A stretch of 64,000 nucleotides of DNA from Pedobacter sp. (GTDB lineage: Bacteria > Desulfobacterota > Desulfuromonadia > Desulfuromonadales > Syntrophotaleaceae): contig JBFWJC010000001.1 in the NCBI GenBank assembly GCA_050253415.1, positions 1,576,679 through 1,640,678 of the forward strand. The letters run 5' to 3'. The notes beneath the pieces are model-generated. The model saw only the letters and a list, made by a program, of their open reading frames with translations, was not told the origin of the DNA and ran no database searches. The position numbers and the translations under genes were made by a program. Of the stretch, positions 19,700 to 29,670 are shown in pieces (position 1 is the stretch's first letter; each line of letters begins with the position of its first letter).

Positions 19700-20607
19700 A
19701 CCATACACCTATCGGCAATCCCGACGCGTCAATCCGGCAGCGGTTGTTGGCCTCCGGAACCCCCATGTGCGCCGGTTGCGGCGGATTGCAGGCACTGCAC
19801 CAGATTTATGATCTGGTGGGTGACAAGACCGTGTTCGTCAATGCCGCGGGCTGCATGACTCTGCTGTCCATCTATCCCTATACGCCCTTTTCGGGATCCT
19901 GGTTGTATACTGCCATGGCCTGTGCCCCGGCGGGCGCCCAAGGGGTACGGGATGCTCTGGATGTTCTGCTGTCCAAAGGGCGCATCGAACCGGAGCAGGA
20001 CCAACTGCCGGTGGTCCTGACAGGGGATGGATCGGCTTACGGAATGGGGCTTTCCGCGACCTCGGGAGCTATCGACCGGGGGCTTGATTTCCTTTATATC
20101 TGCTACGACAACGAGGGCTACGGTAATACCGGCCACCAGTATTCGGCGGCCACCCCTGCCGGGGCACACACCGCCACCAGTCGTGTGGCGGGGTACTCCG
20201 GCGTCAAAAAGGATCTGTTCGCTATCTGGAGCGCGCATCGACCGGCTTATGTCGCTACCGCCATCGGTACCGAATCGGCTGATCTGGCGCGCAAGGTGAA
20301 AAAAGCCTTGAGCCTGCATGGGCCGCGCCTGCTGCTGGTACTGGCGCCCTGTCCCACGGGGTGGGGGTTTGAACCGTCCCGCATGGTGGAACTCGGCAAA
20401 CTGGCCGTGCAGTCCGGTATCTGGCCCCTGAAGGAGTATATCGACGGTCAGGTAAGGCATACCAAGGTCCCAGCTAAAAGAGTGCCGTTGGAGGAGTATT
20501 TGGGCCTTCAGGGCCGCTTCCGGCATCTGTTCACCCCTCAACGCGATGAGGCACGGCTTGCGGCATTGCAGCGGCAGATCGACGCCTATTGGGAGCATAT
20601 CGACTGA
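19696..20607 (+). CDS. 2-oxoacid:ferredoxin oxidoreductase beta subunit (TPP-binding)
   Basis: CAGCG, AGC, GDG...YDNEGYGNTG, PCPTGW. Confidence 0.93.
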   Translation: MNHTPIGNPDASIRQRLLASGTPMCAGCGGLQALHQIYDLVGDKTVFVNAAGCMTLLSIYPYTPFSGSWLYTAMACAPAGAQGVRDALDVLLSKGRIEPEQDQLPVVLTGDGSAYGMGLSATSGAIDRGLDFLYICYDNEGYGNTGHQYSAATPAGAHTATSRVAGYSGVKKDLFAIWSAHRPAYVATAIGTESADLARKVKKALSLHGPRLLLVLAPCPTGWGFEPSRMVELGKLAVQSGIWPLKEYIDGQVRHTKVPAKRVPLEEYLGLQGRFRHLFTPQRDEARLAALQRQIDAYWEHID

Positions 20608-20660
20608 AACCGGTTTTTCCCTCACCATATCGCGAATGGATGGCAACAAGGAGGTCACGA

Positions 20661-22364
20661 ATGAATAAGGGCAGCAGTTATTACCATTGTGGTGGCCTGG
20701 AACCGCTCATTGGTGAAACCATCCCCGGGCATGTGGCCGAGGTGGCAAGACGCTGTGCTGCCAGGGAAGCAATCGTCTCCCGTCATCAGAGTCGGCGGAT
20801 GACCTATGACCAACTGTGGCTCGAGTCCGGTCGTCTGGCCAAGGGGCTGCTCGGCATGGGATTCAGGCGTGGCGAGCGCATCGGCGTGTGGGCGACCAAC
20901 AGCATCGAGTGGCTGCTGCTGCAGTTGGCCATGGCACGCATCGGAGTGGCGCTGGTAGCCATCAACCCCGGTTACCGGCAAAAAGAAATCGCCTATGCCC
21001 TGCAACACTCGGAAGTGCACGGACTGTTTTTCATGCCGGCGTTTCGCTCCAGCGACTATCTGGGTATGCTGGCCGAGGTGGTGCCCCAGCTACATCAAAG
21101 TGCCCAACCCTTGAGCCATCCTGAGTTTCCTCACTTGCGGCAGGTGATACTGTTTGATCCGAAGGATGCCACGCATACGCGCAAGGTCTTGCCGGGGGTG
21201 ACCCTCTGGCAGGAGGTGCTGGCGGCAGGAGAAGGCGTGTCACAGGACGAACTCGCGGCCGCAACCGCCGCCCTCGACCGGGACGATACCATTGCCCTGC
21301 TGTATACGTCCGGTTCCATGGGGCTGCCCAAGACGGCGGTTTTATCCCATCACAACATCCTTAACAATGCCTGGTTCACCGCCCGGCGCATGGCCTTTAC
21401 CGAGGTGGACAGGTTATGTGCGCCGGTGCCTTTTTACCACTGTTTTGGAATGGTGCTGGCTAATCTGGTGTGCATGGCAGTGGGGGCATGTATTGTCCTG
21501 CCCGAAGAATATTTCGATCCTTTGGCCACTTTGCAGACTATCGAAGCGGAAGCATGTAGCGCTCTTTACGGGGTGCCGACCATGTTCCTTGCCCAGGTCG
21601 AGCATCCGCAACGTGGCAACTTCGACCTGACCAGCCTGCGCACCGGCATCATGGGCGGTGCTCCGTGTCCACCGGCGCTGGTGCGCAGAGTCATGGAGGA
21701 GTTGCACTGTCCGGATATCCTCATCGGCTACGGCATGACCGAAGCTTCGCCTCTGACCCACCTGACCGCACCGGAGGACCCTTTGCCGATACGACACGAG
21801 ACCGTCGGCCGTAATCTTCCGCATCAGGAAGTCAAACTCATCGCCCCGGACAGCGGAGCCACCGTCCCGATAAAGGTGGAAGGGGAGGTCTGCTTTCGCG
21901 GCTACCATGTCGCCAAGGGTTATTATGGCGATCCGGAGGCCACCGCGCAGGGCATCGATGCGGACGGCTGGCTGCACTCCGGTGATCTCGGCATCATGGA
22001 TGCCGATGGGTATGTGCGTATTACCGGAAGGCGTAAGGAGATCATTATTCGTGGCGGCGAGAATATCTGTCCCTGGCAGATAGAACAGTGCCTTCTGGCA
22101 CACCCCCATGTGGCAGAGGTGGCGGTGTTCGGTCTGCCTGACGAATTTTATGGCGAGCAGATCATGGCCTGGGTGCGGCCAAAGAACGGTCAGCAGATAG
22201 ACGAAGACGAACTCAGGACCCACTGTAAAGCCGGGTTGGCCCATTTTAAGGTGCCGCGTTATATATGGGTGGTGGACAACTTCCCCAAGACCGACAGCGG
22301 TAAATTGCACAAACCGCGCATGCGGGAATTGGCGTTGGAAAGGCTGCAGGGAAAAACCAACTAA
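20661..22364 (+). CDS. AMP-forming acyl-CoA synthetase (fatty-acid-CoA ligase family)
   Basis: YTSGSMGLPK, PFYHCFG, GYGMTE, SGDLG, IIRGGENI, PKTDSGK; AAGGAGG RBS before ATG 20661. Confidence 0.93.
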   Translation: MNKGSSYYHCGGLEPLIGETIPGHVAEVARRCAAREAIVSRHQSRRMTYDQLWLESGRLAKGLLGMGFRRGERIGVWATNSIEWLLLQLAMARIGVALVAINPGYRQKEIAYALQHSEVHGLFFMPAFRSSDYLGMLAEVVPQLHQSAQPLSHPEFPHLRQVILFDPKDATHTRKVLPGVTLWQEVLAAGEGVSQDELAAATAALDRDDTIALLYTSGSMGLPKTAVLSHHNILNNAWFTARRMAFTEVDRLCAPVPFYHCFGMVLANLVCMAVGACIVLPEEYFDPLATLQTIEAEACSALYGVPTMFLAQVEHPQRGNFDLTSLRTGIMGGAPCPPALVRRVMEELHCPDILIGYGMTEASPLTHLTAPEDPLPIRHETVGRNLPHQEVKLIAPDSGATVPIKVEGEVCFRGYHVAKGYYGDPEATAQGIDADGWLHSGDLGIMDADGYVRITGRRKEIIIRGGENICPWQIEQCLLAHPHVAEVAVFGLPDEFYGEQIMAWVRPKNGQQIDEDELRTHCKAGLAHFKVPRYIWVVDNFPKTDSGKLHKPRMRELALERLQGKTN

Positions 22365-22380
22365 CGAATAGTGTGAACAA

Positions 22381-22422
22381 AACAAGAGCCACCCGCCCGA
22401 TATCGGGCGGGTGGCTCTTGTT
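22381..22422. terminator. Perfect 42-bp palindrome between convergent genes, probable bidirectional terminator
   Basis: AACAAGAGCCACCCGCCCGAT|ATCGGGCGGGTGGCTCTTGTT is fully self-complementary. Confidence 0.8.
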
Positions 22423-22444
22423 CAAGTAATGTCGGGGTATGTCT

Positions 22445-24118
22445 TTAATCTCTTCCATCATCCTTTTCGCGGATCTCAACCCTGCGAATCTTGCCGCTGA
22501 TGGTTTTGGGCAACTCCGACACGAATTCGATAATGCGCGGATATTTATAGGGTGCTGTGACGTTTTTGACGTGATTCTGAAGTTCTTCCTTCAAGTCCTC
22601 GCCAGCTTCATATCCCTTGGCGAGTACGATGGTCGCCTTGACCACCTGTCCGCGATCCGGATCCGGCACGCCGGTGATGGCGCATTCAAGCACCGCAGGG
22701 TGTTCTATAAGCGCACTTTCAACCTCGAAAGGCCCGATGCGATAGCCGCTGCTCTTGATGACATCGTCGGCCCGGCCGACGAACCAGTAGTAGCCGTCTT
22801 CATCCCGCCAGGCCATGTCGCCGGTATGATAATAGCCGTCGTACCAGACCTCGGCGGTTTTTGCATCGTCACGGTAGTATCCTGGAAACAGGCCAAGAGG
22901 CCTTTCGACGCTGGTATTGATAACGATTTCACCTTCCTCGCCGACATCACAGGGTTGGCCGTCGGCATTGAGCAGGTCGATGTCGTAAAGCGGGCAGGGC
23001 TTGCCCATGGAACCCGGTTTCGGCTCCATCCATGGCCAGGTGGCGATAGTGACCACCAGTTCGGTCTGACCGTAAGCTTCCATCAGCTTGATACCGGTGT
23101 ACTTGAGGAACCGTTCGTAGACTTCGGGATTCAGAGGTTCTCCGGCCACCACGCAATATTTCAGTCCGGAAAAATCGTATTGGGAAAGGTCTTCCTTGAT
23201 CAGAAAACGGTAGATGGTGGGCGGTGCGCAGAAGGTTGTCACACCGTACTTTGCCGCCATGGCGGCCATGGATGCTGCGCTGAATTTTTCATAATCATAG
23301 ACAAATACCGCGCTGCCGCAGAGCCATTGGCCGTAGATTTTTCCCCACACCACTTTGGCCCAGCCTGTATCGGCTACCGTATAGTGCAGACCATCGTCCA
23401 TGTTGTTCTGCCAGTATTTGGCGGTCAGTATGTGACCCAGGGGATATGCCATGTCATGGTGGATCAACTTGGGATAGCCGGTGGTGCCGGAAGAAAAATA
23501 GGCCAGGCATGTATCGTCATTGCAGGTGTGCTGATCACCGTCGGGGCGCTCAAACTCTGGCGAGGCTTTTTCCAGTTCGGTTTTAAAGTCGATCCATCCA
23601 TCGCGCGGTTCGCCCAGCAGCAGTTTATGACGGATCATGTCGCCGGTTTGCCGCTGCCCTTCATCGATGTGGTCGATAAGACCATCATCGGCAACGCTGA
23701 CAATCATGGGGATGGAGGCGACTTGCACGCGGTATTTGATGTCTTTGGAGGTCAGCATGTGCGTGGCCGGCGTGGCGATGGCACCGAGTTTGTGCAGGCC
23801 CAGCAGGCAAAACCAGAACTCGTAGCGACCTTTTAGAATCAGCATGACATGGTCGCCTTTTTTGATGCCATAGCTGCGGAACAGGTTGGCGGCCTTGTCG
23901 CTGTAGTATTTCAAATCGCCAAAGGTGAAGGAGCGGTCATTGCCGTGATCGTCACACCAGACCAAGGCGCGTTTGTCCGGTTGTTCAGTGGCATATACGT
24001 CCGCCACGTCAAAGGCAAAGTTGAAATTATCCGGTATGTCGATGGTCAGGTTTTCCTGAAAATCTTCGTAGGAGCTGTACTCGGTCCGGCTAACGAACCG
24101 ATCCAGAAGGCAAGACAT
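22445..24118 (-). CDS. AMP-forming short/medium-chain acyl-CoA synthetase
   Basis: [62 protein letters not shown]. Confidence 0.94.
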   Translation of the reverse strand: MSCLLDRFVSRTEYSSYEDFQENLTIDIPDNFNFAFDVADVYATEQPDKRALVWCDDHGNDRSFTFGDLKYYSDKAANLFRSYGIKKGDHVMLILKGRYEFWFCLLGLHKLGAIATPATHMLTSKDIKYRVQVASIPMIVSVADDGLIDHIDEGQRQTGDMIRHKLLLGEPRDGWIDFKTELEKASPEFERPDGDQHTCNDDTCLAYFSSGTTGYPKLIHHDMAYPLGHILTAKYWQNNMDDGLHYTVADTGWAKVVWGKIYGQWLCGSAVFVYDYEKFSAASMAAMAAKYGVTTFCAPPTIYRFLIKEDLSQYDFSGLKYCVVAGEPLNPEVYERFLKYTGIKLMEAYGQTELVVTIATWPWMEPKPGSMGKPCPLYDIDLLNADGQPCDVGEEGEIVINTSVERPLGLFPGYYRDDAKTAEVWYDGYYHTGDMAWRDEDGYYWFVGRADDVIKSSGYRIGPFEVESALIEHPAVLECAITGVPDPDRGQVVKATIVLAKGYEAGEDLKEELQNHVKNVTAPYKYPRIIEFVSELPKTISGKIRRVEIREKDDGRD

Positions 24119-24181
24119 GTAACCTCCTCAAGCAAGATTGCCGCAACCGGTCGTGCCGGTGATGGCTATCTTATGAAATAA

Positions 24182-24736
24182 TTACAAGATGATGGCCAGA
24201 AATTTTGCCGGTTGGCCGTCAAGGGCTTCCATGGCGTGTTCGTAATTGGCATCAAAATAGATCGAATCACCTGTTTCCAGTTCTATCTCGTTTTGATGAA
24301 TATGGATTTTAAGCCTGCCTTCCAACACAAAGTTGAACTCCTGGCCAGGATGGGCATTTTTTTTCAGTTGGCTGGTTTCGGGTTTGGGGTCGACCGTAAC
24401 CATGAAGGGCTCGGCTTTTTTGTGAATGAAGTTGGCCGCGAGGTTTTGATAACTGTACTGTTTACGGCGTTCGACGTCGACCCCTTTGCCCTTGCGGGTC
24501 ACGGTGAAGATATGCATGCGGGGTGCTTCACCGGTCAGCAACAAGCCCATATCGACCTGCAGATCAACGGCGATTTTGTATAAAATGCTGGCCGGGATAT
24601 CCTCGCTGCCGTTTTCATAGCGCTGATAGGAGAGGATCGGTACGTGGAGGCTTTCAGCCATCTGCTCGACAGATATTTCGGAAAGTTCGCGCAATTCGCG
24701 CACGCGGGAAGCGATTTCCCGGATTTTCTGCTGCAT
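24182..24736 (-). CDS. XRE-family HTH transcriptional regulator with C-terminal cupin domain
   Basis: N-terminal HTH (VRELRE...YENG..DIP), cupin [21 protein letters not shown]. Confidence 0.92.
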   Translation of the reverse strand: MQQKIREIASRVRELRELSEISVEQMAESLHVPILSYQRYENGSEDIPASILYKIAVDLQVDMGLLLTGEAPRMHIFTVTRKGKGVDVERRKQYSYQNLAANFIHKKAEPFMVTVDPKPETSQLKKNAHPGQEFNFVLEGRLKIHIHQNEIELETGDSIYFDANYEHAMEALDGQPAKFLAIIL

Positions 24737-24895
24737 GCTCGGCTCCCTTCTTGGTTAACCAGGAAGTTCTTGGAATACGGATGAGTTATGCGATGCTTCT
24801 GCATAGGGTGCCTGTATCTTAGATAAAAAAACCGTATAAAAAAAGTATTTATTGAGCGATATCTCAGATTTGAAACCTTACGTGATGTTCATATT

Positions 24896-24941
24896 AAAAA
24901 GGCCGGCCCCAACATGCTCTGTCTGTATGTCAGGTCCGGCC
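24896..24941 (-). terminator. Possible terminator downstream of trpB
   Basis: GGCCGG...CCGGCC imperfect stem followed by T5 on the minus strand. Confidence 0.4.
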
Positions 24942-24987
24942 CTATTTAGTTAACGCAATCGATCAATCCAGCATAAAAACATGCGTT

Positions 24988-26208
24988 TTATTCAGGGCAA
25001 TAATCCTTGCCGAAATTTTCCATGATGAAGTCTATGTCTTTATCTCCGCGCCCGGAAAGATTGATCAGGATAGTCTGGTCAGGTGAAAGCTTGCCAGCAA
25101 GTTGCATGGCGTAAGCTACAGCATGGCAGCTTTCAAGTGCAGGGATGATTCCCTCGACACGGGATAGTTCAAAGAAGGCATCGATGGTCTCCTTGTCGCT
25201 TGCCGTGACGTAGTTGACCCGTTTGAGGTCCTTGAGGAGACTGTGCTGGGGGCCAACCCCCGGATAATCGAGGCCGCTGGCCACCGAATAAACGGGCAGT
25301 GGTTCGCCTTGTTCGTCCTGCAGCATGTAGGATCGAAAACCATGCAGGATTCCCGGTTTTCCCAAGGTAAGAGTGGCGGCGTGTTGACCGTTTTGCAGCC
25401 CGTGACCGGATGGCTCGACACCGTACATGGAAACGTGCTGGTCGTTAAGGAAGGCGGAGAACAGGCCGATGGCGTTGGAGCCGCCGCCGACGCAGGCGAC
25501 CAGATTATCCGGCAGGCGACCTGTCATTTCCTGGAATTGTTTCCGTGCTTCGGTACCGATGATCTGCTGGAAATCGCGCACCATCATCGGGAAAGGGTGA
25601 GGGCCGACAACAGACCCGATAGCATAGATCTGCCGTACGGGATCTTCCAGGTAGGCTTCAAAGGCCGCGTCGACCGCATCCTTGAGGGTCTGGGTGCCGC
25701 GCGTAACCGGCACCACTTTGGCTCCGAGAATCTTCATGCGTGTGACGTTGGGGTGTTCTTTGGCGATGTCGACGACGCCCATATAAATATGGCATTCGAG
25801 CCCGACCAGCGCCGCTGCGGTCGCCAGGGCTACACCGTGCTGGCCGGCGCCGGTTTCGGCGATCAATATTTCCTTGCCCATACGCTTGGCCAACAGGGCC
25901 TCGCCAAGGCAATGATTGATTTTGTGGGCGCCGGTATGGTTGAGGTCCTCACGTTTCAGATAGATTTGAGCTCCGCCGATTTTATTGGAGAGGTTGCGGG
26001 CGTGGAACAGGGCGCTGGGTCGACCGACATAGTTACGGTAAAGGGACTGGAGTTCCTCCTGAAACGATTTGTCCTGCTTTATCTCCAGGTAAGCTTCGGT
26101 GATTTCATCCATTACTTTTTGCAGCACTTCAGGAATATAGCTGCCGCCATATTCGCCAAAATAGCCTTTGGCATCGGGCAGCGGAATGTCTTTCAGGGGA
26201 CGACTCAT
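24988..26208 (-). CDS. trpB: Tryptophan synthase beta subunit (no adjacent trpA)
   Basis: [59 protein letters not shown]; start ATG 26208. Confidence 0.95.
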   Translation of the reverse strand: MSRPLKDIPLPDAKGYFGEYGGSYIPEVLQKVMDEITEAYLEIKQDKSFQEELQSLYRNYVGRPSALFHARNLSNKIGGAQIYLKREDLNHTGAHKINHCLGEALLAKRMGKEILIAETGAGQHGVALATAAALVGLECHIYMGVVDIAKEHPNVTRMKILGAKVVPVTRGTQTLKDAVDAAFEAYLEDPVRQIYAIGSVVGPHPFPMMVRDFQQIIGTEARKQFQEMTGRLPDNLVACVGGGSNAIGLFSAFLNDQHVSMYGVEPSGHGLQNGQHAATLTLGKPGILHGFRSYMLQDEQGEPLPVYSVASGLDYPGVGPQHSLLKDLKRVNYVTASDKETIDAFFELSRVEGIIPALESCHAVAYAMQLAGKLSPDQTILINLSGRGDKDIDFIMENFGKDYCPE

Positions 26209-26305
26209 GATCCACTCCATAGATAGTTTGAAAAGGATTGGGGGTTGTTTGTCGGGATGGAAATGTTTTTCAGCGACCCAAAAGTATAAGAACCGAAGGA
26301 AAATT

Positions 26306-27238
26306 TCAACGTGTTTTTGTGCCGGGGGATGCCAAAGCACGCAGGGCCGGACCATTGAAAAGAACGATGGCGGCGGCGATACAGGCCATGCCGGAAAGAG
26401 TCCAGAAACTCGGGGCTTCACCGGGCAGCAGCATCCAACTCAGTACGGCACCGCAGACCGGGATGAGGAATTTCCATAAATTAAGCTCAGATACCCTGAC
26501 CGAAGGACGGCGCAATAATATGAACCAGATGGAAAAGGCAGCCGCAGATAGAAAGGCCAGCCACAAAAGGGACGCCCAGAACGCCCAAGGCATCTGAAAT
26601 GCCATGGGACCTTCCAGGGGCAGAGAAACGACCCATAAGGTCAGGCCGCCGAGGAAAATCTGAGCCGAGTTCAGAAACACGGGTGACAGGTCGCTTCGGT
26701 GTCTGGCAACGATGATGTTGCCCAAGGCGCCGGAAAAATTAGAGAGAAGCAGTATGCCGATGCCGGCTAATTCCGTAAGGCCGGCAGGGGACGCCCATGG
26801 CAGTCGGCTGATGCTTAAAATGGCTACTCCGGTAAGGCCAAGTACTATACTGGCGGCCTTGAGCGCCGTCATGCGGTCCCCTGTCATGAAGTAATGTGCC
26901 AGCACGGCGGATACCAGTGGTGAGGCGCCGATGACCATGGCGGCCAATGCTCCGGGAACAAGGGTCATGCCAAAATAGAACAGGCCATAGAGGGTGAAGG
27001 TCTGGAAGCAGGCTACCAGGAGAATCAAGCCGGCGTGATCGCGTACTGCATGGAATGCAGGGGGACGCCTCCACCAGAATGGGACAAGCAGTATCCCCGA
27101 CAACATGAAACGCAATCCGGCAAAGGCAAGCGGGCCGCAAAACTGCAATCCGATTTTGACGCCTACAAATGCGGTGGACCATAAAAGGCAGGCTGTTACC
27201 GCGAGCAATGCCGTACTGGAAAGGAATTTTTTCTTCAA
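26306..27238 (-). CDS. DMT/EamA-family transporter
   Basis: About 10 hydrophobic segments; LWSTAF..K.GL...P..FAGLRF and IPV.G..LSW.LL..E patterns. Confidence 0.88.
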   Translation of the reverse strand: MKKKFLSSTALLAVTACLLWSTAFVGVKIGLQFCGPLAFAGLRFMLSGILLVPFWWRRPPAFHAVRDHAGLILLVACFQTFTLYGLFYFGMTLVPGALAAMVIGASPLVSAVLAHYFMTGDRMTALKAASIVLGLTGVAILSISRLPWASPAGLTELAGIGILLLSNFSGALGNIIVARHRSDLSPVFLNSAQIFLGGLTLWVVSLPLEGPMAFQMPWAFWASLLWLAFLSAAAFSIWFILLRRPSVRVSELNLWKFLIPVCGAVLSWMLLPGEAPSFWTLSGMACIAAAIVLFNGPALRALASPGTKTR

Positions 27239-27388
27239 ACGGAGAATCTCCCCGGGAAGGCTGTTTAGTCGAAGCTATTCTGAACGATATCGATGTCTCA
27301 GGCAATGAGATATTCGGATGGAGGAAAGCATCTTGATGCAACTGGACTTAACCTGTTACCGATTCATCAGGGAGGAAATGAACAATGT

Positions 27389-27417
27389 AAAAAGCCCCCT
27401 GCTTGCGCAGGGGGCTT
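27389..27417 (-). terminator. Intrinsic terminator of the aldehyde dehydrogenase gene
   Basis: AAGCCCCCTGC-ttgc-GCAGGGGGCTT with an A-run on the + strand side. Confidence 0.85.
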
Positions 27418-27472
27418 ACTTACCGGAGGATTAGGTATGGTTGGTTAATTCTCTGGTAAGAGATATTACAAC

Positions 27473-28813
27473 TTAGCCCTGTACAACGCGGCGGGCAGCA
27501 CGCTTGATGCTGACCAGGTTGCGGAAGCTGACGTTGTCGGTGGTGATGTTGTTGCCCTGAGCGCCGCAGCCGAGGGTCAGCGACGGGATCATGACGTTGA
27601 ACAGACCGCCGATAGCGCCATGGCTGGTGGGCGAGTTGAAGGTAACGCGGTTGGCGTCAACGCGGCTGGCGAACTCGATGCACAGCGCGTCGTCAGCGGA
27701 GTGAATACCGGCAGTGTGACCGGCGCCGCCTTTTCTCAGCAGTTCGGCGCAACGCTCGATAGCAGCTTCTTTGCCGTCAACGATCATGTAGCCGAGGGAA
27801 GGAGAAAGTTTTTCGCGGCTCATGGGTTCTTCGTCCTGGGTACCCTTGAGGGGGCCAACGATCAGGGCTTCAGTGTTCTCGGGTACGGTGAAACCGGCCA
27901 TTTCGGCAATTTTGTAAGCGGGCTGGCCAACGACTTTGCCGGAAACAACGTAGCAGTCGCCGAAGTAGAGTTTTTCCAGCTTGGCTTTTTCTTCATCGTT
28001 GCAGATGTAAGCGCCGAGTTCCTTCAGTTTGGCAATGGCTTTTTCTGCAGTAGCGGCGTTGTCAAAGATCAGGTTCTGCTCGGAAGCGCAGACCACGCCG
28101 TGGTCGAAGTTTTTGGACAGCAGGGTGTCAGCCATAGCCTGGTCGATGTCGGCATCGGCGGCAACATAGACAGGGCAGCCGCCTGCGCCAACGCCGTAAG
28201 CGGGATTGCCGGAGCTGTAAGCAGCTTTAACCATGGCGCCGCCACCGGTAGCCAGGATAACGGCGATGCCGGGGTTGGTCATCAGAGCGTTGGTAGCTTC
28301 GATGGAAGGCTCAGCAATGTACTGGATGCAGTCCTTAGGAGCGCCGGCAGCCATAGCGGCTTTCAGAGCCATTTCTGCGGTCTTGGCGCAGCACTTCTGA
28401 GCGCGGGGGTGGAAGCCGAGGATGATGACGTTGCGGCCTTTGAGGGCGGAAAGGATCTTAAAGCAAACAGTCGAAGTGGGGTTGGTGGTCGGAGTAACGC
28501 CAGCAACGATGCCGTAAGGCTCGGCGATTTCGATGATGTCGTTTTCGTCCTTGACAACACCAACGGTTTTAACGCCCTTCATGTCGTTCCAGATAACGGT
28601 GGAACCGAAATGGTTTTTGATGACCTTGTCGGAGTATTTGCCGAGGCGGGTTTCTTCGACGGCATCCTTGGCCAATTCTTCCTTGTTGGCTTCAACGACG
28701 TTGGCAATGGCTTCGCAGATGGCGTCAGTTTGTTCCTGGTTGAGTTTTTTCATCTCTGCCAGAGCGACTTGAGCTTTTTCAACCATCTGGTCAATGACTT
28801 GTTTTGCGTCCAT
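27473..28813 (-). CDS. CoA-acylating aldehyde dehydrogenase (stand-alone AdhE-N/EutE-like)
   Basis: AVEETRLG, PTTNPTST, FHPRA, LATGG..MVKAAYSSG.PA.GVGAG, catalytic CASEQ, EKLSP, GHTA, SLTLGCG; AGGAGG RBS. Confidence 0.94.
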   Translation of the reverse strand: MDAKQVIDQMVEKAQVALAEMKKLNQEQTDAICEAIANVVEANKEELAKDAVEETRLGKYSDKVIKNHFGSTVIWNDMKGVKTVGVVKDENDIIEIAEPYGIVAGVTPTTNPTSTVCFKILSALKGRNVIILGFHPRAQKCCAKTAEMALKAAMAAGAPKDCIQYIAEPSIEATNALMTNPGIAVILATGGGAMVKAAYSSGNPAYGVGAGGCPVYVAADADIDQAMADTLLSKNFDHGVVCASEQNLIFDNAATAEKAIAKLKELGAYICNDEEKAKLEKLYFGDCYVVSGKVVGQPAYKIAEMAGFTVPENTEALIVGPLKGTQDEEPMSREKLSPSLGYMIVDGKEAAIERCAELLRKGGAGHTAGIHSADDALCIEFASRVDANRVTFNSPTSHGAIGGLFNVMIPSLTLGCGAQGNNITTDNVSFRNLVSIKRAARRVVQG

Positions 28814-29477
28814 GTGTTCCTCCTAGATTTGTTGGAATGACTACCTGAAAACAGGTGCTTCAACTGCGGCCCGACCGTTCGCAAATTTTTCACCATACTG
28901 ATATGGGGAAAAAGGTTGTGCGAAATCAATCAGACCAAACTTGGTTAAAAATAAAAAAGCAATCCCCTGCCTGTGTAGTTAGGTTCGATCACTTGGCAGG
29001 AGCAATGATGCCAGGCTGAGTATGAAAGACAGGTTAATTATCCGTGTATGCCGTCAAATTAATTCTTCTGGAAAGAGTTGGCACCGGGTTCAATTTGTTC
29101 GAGAACTTAGCCCTTTAGTTACTTAAATGGCTTTCTTGAACTCGTTGGTGAATGCAACCTTCTAGGAAGAAACGGCTTTAAAGTCAAGACAAAAAAAGTG
29201 AAAAAATACCTTAAATCGAAAAAATCGAAGGGTGTCAAAAGCGGTTAATAACGGCGGAAAATAACGAGAAAACAGTGGTTGATTTTGGCGTTAAAAAGGT
29301 TTTTGCGTTATCCGGTTCAGGGGTGAGCAAATACGGCCGATTTGCGCATTTTTTAAAGCAAAAAGTTCTTTGCTTCGACGAGTGTTTGCAAACATGGAAT
29401 TCAGGTCCATTCAGCCTGCGGATCGGTGGGCGTGTGTGACTGTGGTTTTGAACAGTAAGATTGTTCGCAACAACACC

Positions 29478-29506
29478 TTGCTCCTTGGGCGTCATGCAGA
29501 TATAAT
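29478..29506 (+). promoter_or_regulatory. Putative sigma70 promoter for prfB
   Basis: TTGCTC-17 bp-TATAAT. Confidence 0.65.
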
Positions 29507-29670
29507 CGCGCGGCCTTAGTGGAAGATGTTTCCTGAAGTATGCAATTTTGCGAAAAATTACTGCAAAATTTTTGGTTTTGTCTAAGTGTGGGTTGGAGTT
29601 TGACCGTTTTGCATTCAAATTGTCCGGGTGGTCTTTGTGTGATGCAAACAGCCCAGGGAGAGTGAAAATT

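Noticed and set aside
22439..23836. 465-aa + strand ORF antisense to the acyl-CoA synthetase
   Set aside because: Fully overlaps a well-supported gene; no domain signal
26209..26421. Long N-terminal extension of TrpB in the ORF track (likewise for glycerate kinase, waaF and hldE)
   Set aside because: The trpB and waaF extensions overlap upstream genes; in each case family similarity begins at the downstream start, usually with an RBS there
27620..28840. 406-aa + strand ORF antisense to the aldehyde dehydrogenase
   Set aside because: Antisense shadow explained by codon bias
28990..29100. Sigma54-like TGGCA sequences upstream of the aldehyde dehydrogenase (also near 50440 and 57100)
   Set aside because: GG-to-GC spacing is not the required 10 nt
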